A stretch of 64,000 bases of DNA from an uncultured Acidobacteriota bacterium (GCA_963809485.1 CAWEJX010000007.1:1-64000), one strand, 5' to 3'; counted from the stretch's first letter, positions 8,553-20,045 are shown. Translations and numbers: made by a program. Notes: a model not told the origin generated them from the letters alone.

Positions 8553-8606
8553 GCCTAATCTTCCAGCCTAATCTTCCAGCCTAATCTTTCAGCCTAATCT
8601 TCCAGC
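8553..8606. repeat. 13-bp tandem repeat (GCCTAATCTTCCA) x4
   Basis: Units at 8553, 8566, 8579 (one mismatch) and 8592. They duplicate the LED-stop end of the kinase remnant. Confidence 0.95.
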
Positions 8607-8770
8607 GAAGCGCTGCCAAACATCGGTTGGCCGACGAGGGATTGGCGGAAGGCGTAGAGAACCGTAGCTGCGAATATTGCAGGCGCAAAATAGCCGTAGC
8701 CGGCATACCACGCGGAGCTTTCAAGCGTAAAAGGAAAATAAATGACGACGGAAAGCGCGAACCGTGCAAG
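8594..8770 (-). pseudogene. Remnant 3' end (~55 codons) of a membrane Ser/Thr kinase paralog
   Basis: FPFTLESSAWYAGYGYFAPAIFAATVLYAFRQSLVGQPMFGSASLED* aligns with FPASLDVSAWYAGYGYAALALFAAIVIYAFRTSLGGRP of 17118-19805. Confidence 0.85.
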
Positions 8771-8981
8771 CACTACAGACCATCCCGGCGAAAAACGCCA
8801 TCTGCTGCAAAAAGCCTGCCCGTCCTTCATATGCGGGCTGCATCTGCCCCAGCTGATTTCACAGTGTTTTGGATATTCTTGGCTACACATGCCCGTCCGA
8901 ATTGGCTACAATGCACCCAAGCACTTTATCGAGAATTGCCAGGCAGGAATAGCATGTAACTACCTCCCAACGGAGGGACGC

Positions 8982-11758
8982 ATGCCTGAAATCGGTCAAA
9001 CCGTTTCGCACTTTAGGATCCTCGAGAAGATCGGCCGCGGAGGCATGGGCGTCGTCTATAAAGCCGAGGATACGCGGCTGGGACGGCATGTTGCGCTGAA
9101 GTTTTTGTCGGAAGCGCTGGCTAACGACCGCCAGGCGCTGGAGCGCTTCAAGCGGGAGGCGCGGGCGGCTTCGGCTCTCAATCACCCCAATATCTGCACG
9201 GTTCACGATATCGTTGAATTCAACGGGCAAACCTTCATTGCGATGGAGCTGCTCGAAGGACGCACTCTTGCAGGCAGAACGACGCCTGCCGGCATCGACG
9301 ACCTGGTCGATATCGCGATTCAGGTCGCCGATGCCCTGGATGCAGCCCACGCAAAAGGAATCGTTCACCGCGACATCAAGCCGGCCAACATCTTCGTCAC
9401 TGAAAGAGGGCAGGCCAAAATACTGGATTTCGGCCTGGCCAAGCTGCCGTCATCCAAAGCGCAAACCATGGAAACAGCCGCTACCACGCAGGAACCGGTC
9501 ACGAATCCGGGGAGCGCATTGGGCACCGTCGCCTACATGTCGCCCGAGCAGGCGCGCGGGGAAGATCTGGACGCCCGGACGGACCTGTTTTCCCTCGGGG
9601 TGGTTCTTTATGAGATGGCCACCGGAAGGCAGGCTTTCACCGGAAGCACCTCCGCCGTGATTTTCAATGCCATCCTCACAAAAGCTCCCACATCGCCGGT
9701 GCGGTTGAATCCCGAGATTCCCGATCAGCTGGAACAAATCATCAACAAGGCGCTGGAGAAGGACCGAAAGCTGCGCTACCAGAGCGCCTCAGAAATAAAA
9801 GTGGATTTACAGCGTCTGAAGCGGGACAGCGATTCGAAGCGTTCGGCTGCCGCCGTTGCAGCGGCCCCGCCCAAAAAGAGCCGTCGAATAAAAATCGCCG
9901 CCCTGGCGGTTATTGCCATTATGGCGCTGGCGGCAGGCGGATATTTCTATTTCAACCGCGCGCCGAAATTAACCGAGAAGGATTCCATAATTCTCGCCGA
10001 TTTCACAAACACGACCGGCGATCCTGTATTCGACGGAACGCTGCGGCAGGGTCTTTCCGCGCAGCTCGAACAATCCCCCTTCCTAAGGATCATTTCGGGC
10101 GACCTCATTGCCCAGACGTTGCGCCTGATGGAAAAGCCGCCCGACACGCGTCTCACGCAGGATGTTGCCCGCCAGGTCTGCCAACGCGTGAATGCGACAG
10201 TGACAATCGAAGGCTCGATCGCAACCCTCGGCAATCAGTATGTCCTCGGCCTCAACGCCGTGAACTGCAGCACCGGGGAGACTTTCGCCCGGGAGCAGGT
10301 CACGGCCGAAGGAAAGGAAAAGGTCCTCGATGTGCTGGGCGACGCTGCATCCAGGCTGCGGTCGAAACTCGGCGAATCCCATGCTTCGCTCGAAACTCAC
10401 AATGTACGCTGGCTCGGGCGACCACATCCTCTCTGGAGGCGCTGCAAGCTTTCAGCCGTGGCGAGCAGTGTTTTTTCAGAAGCGAACTCAATTCGGCGAT
10501 ACCATTCCTGGAACGGGCTATCAGTTTGGATCCAACTTTCGCCAAAGCCTATTCCTTGCTTGGAAGCCTTCAGTTGAACACAGGCAAAAGCGGCGATGAG
10601 GCACTCAAGAACATTAAGAGAGCTTATGAGCTGCGAGGTCGCGTCAGTGATGCTGAGAACTATTCTATTTCCTTCGTTTATTACCGCGATGCCATAGGGG
10701 ACTTGGAGAAGGCACTTGAGATTGAACAGCGATGTAAACAAGCCTATCCAAACAAGGCATTGACCTTTTTTGAAATCGGTTACCTTCAAAGCATGCTTGG
10801 CCGACACGAAGAAGCTCTCGCGTCGACGCTCGAATCCATCAGGCTGGAGCCAACGGTCATTTCCTATTTAAGGGCTATGTCCAACTACCTTGCACTGAAT
10901 CGATTGGATGAAGCCCGGGCAATGATTCAGGAGGCTCGGGCGCGAAAGATGGACCAACCTGCGTACTACCCATATATCCTGTATTTGATTGCCTTCAATC
11001 AAAAGAATAAGGCTGAGATGGCGGCAAATGAAACGGCAGCGCTCCGATATGTGAAACCTGAGGTACTGGAAATTAATCATGATGTTTATAGGGGCCGCCT
11101 GTCTTCTCTCCGGCATTCCCTGCCGCGTAATACAATGTCGCTATCAAATATGACTTGGGGTGCTCGGACATTGGCTTTGGTGGGTTACGCCGCCGAAGCA
11201 AAGGCCGCTGCGATCAATATTAGCAAAATGTCCAAGGATAGGGACCATTGGGGAAATGCAGCCATCACTTTGGGCCTCGCTAGAGATAAGGAAGGAGCGC
11301 AGAATCTGGCTGCTGATTTGAGCAAGCGCTTTCCTGAATCCACCTATGTCCGATTTTGCTTTGTGCCCTCCGTCCGAGCGCTTTTGGCTTTAGAGGAGGG
11401 GAAACCACACGAGGCTATCGATATTCTTGCTGAAACTGTTCCATATGAAATGATGCAGAACATGATTACCGTGTACCTTCGCGGTAAAGCTTACCTTGCA
11501 GCGCAACAGGGTGTAAAAGCCGCCGCCGAGTTCCAGAAGATGCTTGAGCACCACACCATCCAATTTTGGGACATTCTTCGGAACATACTACCTCATCTTG
11601 GTCTTGCCCGCGCCTACGCGCTGCAGGGCGACACGGCAAAGGCGCGCAAGTCGTACCAGGATTTCCTGACGCTGTGGAAGGACGCCGATCCCGACATTCC
11701 AATCCTGAAGCAGGCGAAAGCGGAGTATGCAAAGCTGCAGGAAGGGAATCTGCCATGA
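8982..11758 (+). CDS. Hanks-type Ser/Thr kinase with a TM segment and C-terminal TPR region; one frameshift near 10407
   Basis: [36 protein letters not shown] before ATG 8982. Adding one base at GTA-C(C)G-CTG gives ...[17 protein letters not shown]..., in frame with ORF 10526-11758. Confidence 0.88.
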
Positions 11759-13062
11759 TCGGAAAAACTCTCGCTCATTACGAAATCACATCCCAGCTTG
11801 GCAAAGGCGGCATGGGGGAAGTGTATCAGGCGAAGGACCTGAAGCTTGGGCGGGATGTGGCGATCAAGGTCTTGCCGGAAGAATTCGCAAAGGATGCCGA
11901 TCGTGTCGCGCGGTTCCAGCGCGAAGCCAAGCTGCTCGCGTCTCTGAATCACCCAAACATCGCAGCTATCTATGGCCTGGAGGAGTCCGGCGGAACCAAT
12001 TTCCTTGTCCTCGAGCTGGTCGAAGGCGAAACATTGACGGACCGGATCAAGGCTGGACCTATCCCGGTCGAGGAATCCCTGAAGCTTGCGCTGCAGATTG
12101 CGGAAGCCATCGAGGCCGCGCACGAGAAGAGCGTGATCCATAGGGATCTAAAGCCCGCAAACATCAAAGTAACTCCGGACGGCAAGGTCAAAGTGCTCGA
12201 CTTCGGGCTGGCGAAGGCATTCACCGGCGATCCCGAGGACATGAATCTTTCGAATTCGCCAACCCTCAGCGTAGCTGCTACTCAGCGAGGCATGATCCTT
12301 GGTACTGCTGCGTATATGTCGCCGGAGCAGGCCAAAGGAAAAAGCGTAGGCAAACAAACGGACATCTGGGCTTTCGGCAGTCTTTTGTACGAAATGCTGA
12401 CGGGGCAAGCCGCGGACGGCACAGGGAAGGTCGAATTGCTTGCTTCTTTAGCGGACCGTCAAATCTTTCCAGGCTCTTGGTCCAAGAACGGAAATATCCT
12501 GACCCTGAATGGGACGCCAACCGCAGGTGCTACTGGTCGAGCCGATATCTATACACTATCCGTGGATGGTGAAAAAGCCGTGAAACCGCTTCTACAGGAA
12601 GATTATTCAGAGATGCAGCCTGAGATTTCTCCCGATGGGCGATGGATGGCCTATGTATCCGATGAGTCTGGCCGAAGAGAGATCTACGTGCGTCCGTTTC
12701 CCGAGGTTAACAAGGGCAAGTGGCCTGTTTCCACCAGCGGCGGCGACAACCCTCTATGGTCGCCGGATGGCCTGGAGCTCTATTTCAGAAATGATGATTC
12801 CATAATGGCAGTTTCTGTGAAAACTGAACCCACATTCACGCCGGGGAAACCTCAAAAGCTTTTCAGCGGAAGATATGTTGCCTCATCGGCAAGCGGAGAT
12901 ATTCCGCCTTGGGATATCAGCCGGGACGGCAAACGCTTTCTCTTGATAAAACCGGTGGAGCTGACAGGAACATCGAACACAGCCGAAGCCCCGCGCAAAA
13001 TGGTCGTTATCGTGAATTGGTTTGAAGAACTGAAACGGCTGACGCCGGAAAGCAATAGGTAA
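11755..13062 (+). pseudogene. Ser/Thr kinase with a TolB-like/PD40 propeller tail; large in-frame internal deletion
   Basis: The kinase stops after subdomain IX (DIWAFGSLLYEMLTGQ) and runs straight into AADGTG...SPDGRWMAY, WSPDG repeats. No subdomains X-XI and no TM. ATGA overlap with the upstream gene. Confidence 0.8.
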
Positions 13063-13071
13063 TATATTAAA

Positions 13072-15779
13072 ATGAAACCAGCGCGGATGATTCAGTGCCC
13101 GAAATGTTCGGCGCAGATCCCGCCGGAGAGCAGGTTCTGCAAGTCCTGTGGACAGCCTCGTCAGTTCGCCTTCCCAGATGCCTACGGTAGAGTCGCCTGC
13201 AGCGGATGCCCCGAAAGCTGCAGCGAAACGCCCCACGTTGCCAGGATAATTTCGTCCGACTCGATTCCTGCCGGAGGATTCACTCCCGGAACGATCCTGG
13301 CCGACCGCTACCGCATCATCGGGCTGCTCGGCCGCGGCGGCATGGGCGAAGTCTATCGCGCCGACGATCTGAAGCTGGGCCAGCCAGTGGCATTGAAGTT
13401 CCTTCCGCCCAAAGCTTGCCGAGGATCCCGTGCGCCGCGAGCGCTTTTTTGCCGAAGTGAGGATCACGCGCCAGCTGTCTCATCCGAATATCTGCCGCGT
13501 TTACGACATAGGAGAGATTGACGGGCGGCATTTCCTCTCGATGGAGTTCATCGACGGCGAGGACCTCGCTTCGCTGCTCAAGCGCATCGGGCATCTCACG
13601 AATGAAAAGGCGCTGGACATCGCGCGACAGCTCGCAGCGGGACTGGCGGCCGCGCATGAACGCGGAGTGCTGCACCGCGATCTCAAGCCGGCCAACATCA
13701 TGCTCGACGGGCATGGCCGCGTCCGCATCACCGATTTCGGTCTCGCCATCGCAGCAGGAAGACGAAACTCAGGCGGCCGAGATCGCCGGAACGCCGGCCT
13801 ACATGGCGCCGGAGCAACTGGCGGGCAAGGGCGCGACAGTCCGGAGCGACATGTACTCGCTGGGACTGGTGCTGTACGAAATCTACACCGGCAAGAAGGC
13901 CTTCACGGCCACAACGCTTGCCGAACTGCGGCAGCAGAAGGAAACGCACACTCCAAGAGCGATATCGGAATTGCGCGAAGGAATGGATCCGGTTGTGGAG
14001 CGGCTCATCCGCCGCTGCATGGAGCGCGATCCGAATGCGCGGCCCTCATCGGTGGCGCAACTGGCGCTCGCGCTGCCGGGCGGCGATCCACTGGCCGCCG
14101 CGCTCGCTGCCGGCGAGACTCCATCTCCCGAAATGGTAGCTGCATCCGGCGGGAAGGAAGGGCTTCGTCCTGCCGTGGCGTGGGGACTCCTCGCATTCAT
14201 AATCGTGGGGACGCTGGCAATAATGGCGATGAACGATCGCGTCATGCTGCACCGGCGCATCCCCTTTGAAAAACCTCCGGATGCTCTGGTCGAGCGTTCC
14301 CAGGAGTTCATTAAGAAGGCGGGATATTCGGAGAAATTTGCAGACAGTGACTATGGTTTTATACGTCAATTCCGATCTGCTGCGCTATATCGAAAACTCG
14401 GACAAAACAGCCGATCGGTGGAAGAATCTCGATGCGCAGGCAATCCTTTTCTGGTACCGGCAGAGCCCGCGTCCGCTTGAAAACAATTATGTATTTAGCA
14501 CTAATATGGATCCTCCTCTGCAGTATTCGGGAGAGGTCGATGTCCATTTGGACACCGAAGGGCACCTGCTGGCATTCTATGCCGTGCCCCCCGAAGTGCC
14601 GCCATCCACCGGAACCGCATCATCCCCCGATTGGACGGCTTTCTTTGCCGAGGCGGGCCTAGATATCTCTCAATGGACGCCTGTGGATGCTCGATGGAGT
14701 CCATGGTACTTTGCCGACACGAGAATTGCCTGGCAAGGTTCGCTGCCGAATCAGCCTGACACTATCGCCCGGATAGAAGCAGCAGCGTTTCAGGGAAAGG
14801 CGGTCTTTTTTAGGATCATCAGGCCGTGGACCCGGGCTGTACAGATGGAACCTGTCCGGCAGATGACCGGCCAGCACTTCGTTACTGCTGTCTCCGCTGT
14901 GATTGGTGTCTCTTTGATCGCGTGCGCGATTTTCTTTGCCCTCAGAAACCTGCGTCTTGGCCGGGGGGACCGCCGCAGCGCAACTCGCCTTGCCTTTTTA
15001 ATCGCGGGCATAGCTATGATCTCATGGATTCTTAGCTGGCATCATGTTCAAACGTACTGGGAGTTTACGCAGTTCTTTTTATATATCAGCGCGTCCCTCA
15101 TTACCGCTGGCGTATTCTGGCTTCTCTACATAGCGATTGAGCCTTTCGTGCGTCGCCGCTGGCCGCGGGTCCTGGTTTCCTGGACACGTCTCTTGTCGGG
15201 AGACTGGCGAGACCCTCTTGTCGCGCGCGACGCATTGATCGGCTGCTCGTTCGGTGTCTTGATTTGCGGCATCTATAATTCAGCGCACTTTCTATTTCCG
15301 TCGTGGTTTGGCATTGCAGAACCCCGTCCGCCGTTGGCATTCGCTTTGAGAACTGTATTAGGGGCCAATTTTTTCATTTCCGAGATCCTGGATTTGATCT
15401 TTGCTGCCATCGGGGCAGGTTTGATGGCGATTGGTCTATTATTTTTGCTGAGCGTCTTGCTGAGGAATCAGAAAGCTGCCATTGCCGCATGTGTCCTCAT
15501 TTTGGCTTTGATAGAAGGTCCCAATTATTGGGGCATCGCGATAGGCCTGGTTGTCTATCCAGTCGGGTTCTTTGTGCTTATGCGTTTCGGACTTGTAGCG
15601 GGAATACTCAGTTTTGCTTTGGAATACCTGATTGAGAGATTCCCAATCGGCCTTGACACCTCCGCCTGGTATTCCGGCACAGGCTACGCCGCGCGATGCT
15701 CGCCGTGGTTGCTCTCTATGCTTTCCGTTTCTCGCTCGGCGGCCGCCCGCTCCTCGCCTCCTCCCGCTTTGACGACTGA
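13072..15779 (+). pseudogene. Zn-ribbon/Ser-Thr kinase/multi-pass membrane protein, paralog A, about 5 frameshifts
   Basis: Colinear with 17118-19805. Frame breaks near 13155, 13412, 13753, 14360 and 15690. Same terminal codons ...CGCTTTGACGACTGA. Confidence 0.85.
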
Positions 15780-15864
15780 CTTTCGCCGGGGGATGCTTTA
15801 TTGGATGCAGGCGATTTGGCCCTGTGGTACTATATGCAAGCAGATTGGCATATGGTAGCACTAT

Positions 15865-17031
15865 ATGACTAATACCAGGCAGATGGTCCAAAGACAATTC
15901 TGGCTCGCCCGGATCCATTCGGCGTGGAAACGGCGTTCCGTGCTCTGGCTATCGGGCGTACGAAGGGTTGGGAAAACAGTCCTTTGCCAAAGCCTGCCTG
16001 GAATTGAATACTTTGATTGCGAGCTTCCGCGGGTTCGAAGGATGATGGAGGATCCGGAAGGCTTTCTGGACGGCCTGCGCAAAAAAACCCTGGTTCTCGA
16101 TGAAATCCACCGGCTGGGAAATCCTTCGGAGCTGCTCAAAATCGCTGCCGATCACTATCCGGACATCCGCATTCTGGCTACGGGATCTTCCACATTGGGC
16201 GCCTCGGCAAAATTCCGGGACAGCCTGGCCGGGCGAAAAACGGAGCTGTGGCTGACCCCCATGACCGCTGCGGATCTCGAAGACTTCGGCAATGGCGACT
16301 TGAAGCATCGATTCCTTCATGGAGGCCTGCCTCCCTTTTTCCTCGAAGAGCGAATTCCGGAGCGATTATTTCAGGAATGGATCGATGCCTATTGGGCAAA
16401 GGACATTCAGGAGCTCTTCCGGCTGGAAAAACGTCACTCATTTGTTCGATTTCTTGAGCTGCTGGCCATCCGGAGCGGGGGAATGTTCGAGGCAACCGCC
16501 TATGCACGCGATTGCGAGGCCAGCCGGGGAACCATCGCAAACTATCTCCACGTTCTGGAATCTACGTATATCGTTCACGTGCTGAGGCCATACAGCACGC
16601 ACCGCTCAAGGGAAATCGTCGCGGCGCCCAAGATCTATGCGTTTGATACCGGCTTTGTCTGCTACTATCGCGGCTGGAATGAACTGCGAAGGGAAGATAT
16701 GGGATTGCTGTGGGAACATTTCGTTCTGAACGAGATCTTTGCATATCTGCAGTCCCGGACCATTCGTTATTGGAGGGACAAACGAGGCCATGAGGTCGAT
16801 TTTGTCGTAGCCGGGCGGGGCAAGTCGCCGATGGCAATTGAGTGCAAGTGGTCGGCGGCGAACTTCAATGGAACAAACCTTCGTTCATTCCGGGCGGAGT
16901 ATCCCCAAGGCCGGAATATTGTTGTTGCCCAGGACGTAAAGCAGCCCTTCCAGCGGCTGTATGGCCCGATCAAGGTGGAGTTTCTCGGCTTATCCGGACT
17001 GACCAAAATACTGCCCGGCCATTTCGATTAG
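15865..17031 (+). CDS. AAA+ ATPase (AAA_14 + DUF4143 type)
   Basis: GVRRVGKT, LVLDEIH, ATGSS, DSLAGR, PKIYAFDTG, EVDFV..AIECK. Confidence 0.92.
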   Translation: MTNTRQMVQRQFWLARIHSAWKRRSVLWLSGVRRVGKTVLCQSLPGIEYFDCELPRVRRMMEDPEGFLDGLRKKTLVLDEIHRLGNPSELLKIAADHYPDIRILATGSSTLGASAKFRDSLAGRKTELWLTPMTAADLEDFGNGDLKHRFLHGGLPPFFLEERIPERLFQEWIDAYWAKDIQELFRLEKRHSFVRFLELLAIRSGGMFEATAYARDCEASRGTIANYLHVLESTYIVHVLRPYSTHRSREIVAAPKIYAFDTGFVCYYRGWNELRREDMGLLWEHFVLNEIFAYLQSRTIRYWRDKRGHEVDFVVAGRGKSPMAIECKWSAANFNGTNLRSFRAEYPQGRNIVVAQDVKQPFQRLYGPIKVEFLGLSGLTKILPGHFD

Positions 17032-17117
17032 GAATGCCGGCGCTTCCGATAAACCGCATAGCATGCTTTCCTTCCCGCAGGTTATTGCATATAATCCGTG
17101 ATATTCGATAAATTCCC

Positions 17118-19805
17118 ATGACTTCGCCATCGATGGTGCAGTGCCCGAAGTGTTCGGCGCAGATTCCAGCAGAGAGCAAGTTCTGCCTCTCTTGCGGTCA
17201 GGCTGTCAGCTCGCCGTCCCAGATGCCCACGGCTGAAGCTATTCAAATGGGGCCGGGGCTCCAAACCCGGCCAGACGGCTCTGGAGCGCCGTCACCACAC
17301 GTCGCACGGATAATCTCATCAGACTCGGTCCCTGCCGGAGGCTTTACGCCCGGCACAATCCTGGCCGATCGGTATCGGATCATCGGGCTGCTTGGGCGTG
17401 GCGGCATGGGGGAGGTCTATCGCGCCGACGACCTCAAGCTGGGACAGCCCGTCGCCTTGAAATTTCTCCCTCCCAAGCTCGCCGAGGATCCCGTTCGTCG
17501 GGAGCGCTTTTTCGCCGAAGTGCGAATCACACGGCAGTTATCGCATCCGAATATCTGCCGCGTGTACGACATCGGCGAAATTGATGGGCGCCAATTCCTC
17601 TCGATGGAGTTCATCGACGGCGAAGATCTGGCATCGCTGCTGAAACGCATCGGGCATCTCACAAACGAAAAGGCCTTGGACATCGCGCGTCAGCTCACGG
17701 CGGGACTTGCGGCCGCGCACGAACGGGGAGTGCTGCATCGCGACTTAAAACCCGCCAACATCATGCTCGACGGGCATGGGCGAGTCCGCATCACCGATTT
17801 CGGTCTCGCCATCGCACAGGAAGATGAATCTCAAGCGGCTGAAATCGCGGGAACTCCGGCCTATATGGCGCCGGAGCAGCTGGCGGGCAAAGGGGCCACC
17901 GTCCGCAGCGATATGTACTCCCTTGGACTGGTGCTTTACGAGATCTACACCGGCAGGAAAGCCTTCACAGCCACGACGCTGGCCGAGTTGCGTGAGCAGA
18001 AAGAAACGCACACTCCACGAGCCATATCTGAACTGCGCGAAGGAATGGACCCGGTAGTGGAGCGTCTCATTCGCCGCTGCATGGAGAAGGATCCGAATTC
18101 ACGGCCTGCGTCGGTGGCCCAACTGGCGCAGGCACTTCCGGGAGGGGACCCTCTTGCTGCTGCGCTTGCTGCAGGCGAGACTCCCTCTCCCGAGATGGTT
18201 GCCGCATCCGGATCGCGGGAAGGGCTTCGTCCGGGCATCGCCTGGGCGCTCCTCGCATTAATCTTTCTGGGGACGCTTGGCGTAATCTGGATGTACGATC
18301 GCACAATGCTGCACCGTAGGATCCCCTTCGATAAGCCGCCGGAAGCGCTGGCCGAACGGGTTCGACTTTTTCTCAAAAAGGTGGGTTGCTTGAATGATTC
18401 CGATTATCGTGTGTATGGCTATGTGGCTAACAACGATCTCTTGAACTACATTGAAAACTTCGACAAAAAATCAGACCGATGGAAAAAACTGGATGCGAAG
18501 GCAGTCCTTTTCTGGTATCGCCAGAGCCCGCGCTGGCTCATAAACCCACTGGATCGGCTTGCACCGGATAATCCCCCTATGCAATTCCCGGGAGAAGTTC
18601 TGGTCGTGCTGGATAGCGAAGGGCGCCTGGTATCATTTCGCGCTATCCCACAGTCGCAGCCGTCGCCTCCAGGATCCGATCATGCACTTGATTGGGCCGA
18701 TTTCCTCTCTGAAGCGGAAGTGGACATGTCACAGTGGAAGCAGGTCGAAACGCGATTCAAGCCGTTCCTATATGCAGACTCGAGATCCGCGTGGCAAGGC
18801 TCGCTTGGAAATTGGTCCGGCGAGCCCGCGTGGATCGAGGCGGCATCGCTTCACGGAGATCCAATCAGTTTTGAAGTCATGGGGCCCTGGTCAGTGGAAG
18901 CGAAGAACAAGCCTTCTCAGCCCCCAATGAGGGAACGCGTCATTGCAATAGGCCAGGGGCTGGTCCTAATCCCTGCCATTGTGGGCGGAATCTTCTTTGC
19001 CAGGAGAAACCTTCGGCTTGGCCGAGGCGACCGCAGCAGGGCTAAGCGACTGGGGCTTTTGACTCTGGGCATGCTGCTGGCAGCATGGCTGTTTGCTGTT
19101 CCTCGCTCGGCAGGCGTCGGGCTGCTCTTTTTCCCTTACCTGGCAGGCTTGATTTGGATTCTTTACATAGCGATCGAGCCCTTTGTACGCCGCCGGTGGC
19201 CGCAGGTCCTGGTTTCCTGGACGCGTTTGCTGTCAGGGGATTGGAGGGATCCCCGCGTTGCCCGGGATGCCTTGGCCGGTTGTGCGCTGGGAGTATTGAT
19301 AAACTGTATATTGCGTCTTGCGGATCTCCTGGTTCCAGTGCGGCGACCTGCGCTGCTCGATTTCGAAGCCATCATAGGAGTTCGCTTTTTCATCTCTGAG
19401 CTTTTGATAAGTCTGACTATCAGTCCACTTCTTTGGTCGTTGGCAGTGATGTGCCTCTTGTTTCTTTTGGCACTACTGATAAGAAATCAGAAAGCTGCCT
19501 TTGCCGCATTCATCCTAATTCTCATGTGGGTGAATTGGAGGGGAGATATCTGGAGCTTGGCGACGAACCCGGTAAATTGTTTCCTATATCTGTTCGTGTT
19601 AATGCGGTTTGGGTTGCTTGCGATCGCCGTCGGCACGATGGTCGGCGTCATTTCCGGGTATTTTCCTGCATCCCTGGATGTGTCCGCCTGGTATGCCGGC
19701 TACGGTTACGCAGCTCTTGCGCTATTTGCCGCCATTGTTATCTATGCCTTCCGCACCTCGCTCGGCGGCCGCCCGCTCCTCGCCTCCTCCCGCTTTGACG
19801 ACTGA
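17118..19805 (+). CDS. Zn-ribbon/Ser-Thr kinase/multi-pass membrane protein, paralog B, intact, 895 aa
   Basis: CPKC..CLSC ribbon; [28 protein letters not shown]. Then a TM, a ~210-aa soluble domain and about 8 hydrophobic helices. Confidence 0.92.
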   Translation: MTSPSMVQCPKCSAQIPAESKFCLSCGQAVSSPSQMPTAEAIQMGPGLQTRPDGSGAPSPHVARIISSDSVPAGGFTPGTILADRYRIIGLLGRGGMGEVYRADDLKLGQPVALKFLPPKLAEDPVRRERFFAEVRITRQLSHPNICRVYDIGEIDGRQFLSMEFIDGEDLASLLKRIGHLTNEKALDIARQLTAGLAAAHERGVLHRDLKPANIMLDGHGRVRITDFGLAIAQEDESQAAEIAGTPAYMAPEQLAGKGATVRSDMYSLGLVLYEIYTGRKAFTATTLAELREQKETHTPRAISELREGMDPVVERLIRRCMEKDPNSRPASVAQLAQALPGGDPLAAALAAGETPSPEMVAASGSREGLRPGIAWALLALIFLGTLGVIWMYDRTMLHRRIPFDKPPEALAERVRLFLKKVGCLNDSDYRVYGYVANNDLLNYIENFDKKSDRWKKLDAKAVLFWYRQSPRWLINPLDRLAPDNPPMQFPGEVLVVLDSEGRLVSFRAIPQSQPSPPGSDHALDWADFLSEAEVDMSQWKQVETRFKPFLYADSRSAWQGSLGNWSGEPAWIEAASLHGDPISFEVMGPWSVEAKNKPSQPPMRERVIAIGQGLVLIPAIVGGIFFARRNLRLGRGDRSRAKRLGLLTLGMLLAAWLFAVPRSAGVGLLFFPYLAGLIWILYIAIEPFVRRRWPQVLVSWTRLLSGDWRDPRVARDALAGCALGVLINCILRLADLLVPVRRPALLDFEAIIGVRFFISELLISLTISPLLWSLAVMCLLFLLALLIRNQKAAFAAFILILMWVNWRGDIWSLATNPVNCFLYLFVLMRFGLLAIAVGTMVGVISGYFPASLDVSAWYAGYGYAALALFAAIVIYAFRTSLGGRPLLASSRFDD

Positions 19806-19823
19806 CTTTCACCGGGGGATGCA

Positions 19824-20045
19824 TTTTTCCTCGAAGAGCGAATTCCGGATCGATTATTTCATGAATGGACCGATGCATATTGGGCAAAGGACATTCAGGA
19901 ACTCTTCCGGCTGGAAAAACGTCACTCATTACTTCGATTTCTTGAGCTGCTGGCCATCCGGAGCGGGGGAATGTACGGGGCAACCGCCTGTACACGCGAT
20001 TGCGAGGCCAGCCGGGGAACCATCACAAACTATCTCCACGTTCTG
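19824..20045 (+). pseudogene. Internal fragment of the AAA+ ATPase gene
   Basis: 222-bp diverged copy of 16336-16557, directly after the paralog B stop. Confidence 0.9.

Noticed and set aside
8553-8606. CRISPR array (also considered for 46637-46686 and the MITE repeats)
   Set aside because: The units are 13-15 bp and directly adjacent with no unique spacers, and there are no cas genes in the window.
8742-8981. Upstream extensions of ORF-track calls (8742, 11566, 20196, 26212-27741, 42897, 47944, 53728, 57599)
   Set aside because: Better starts with an RBS or a family-typical N-terminus lie downstream. The extensions run into neighbouring genes or IS ends.
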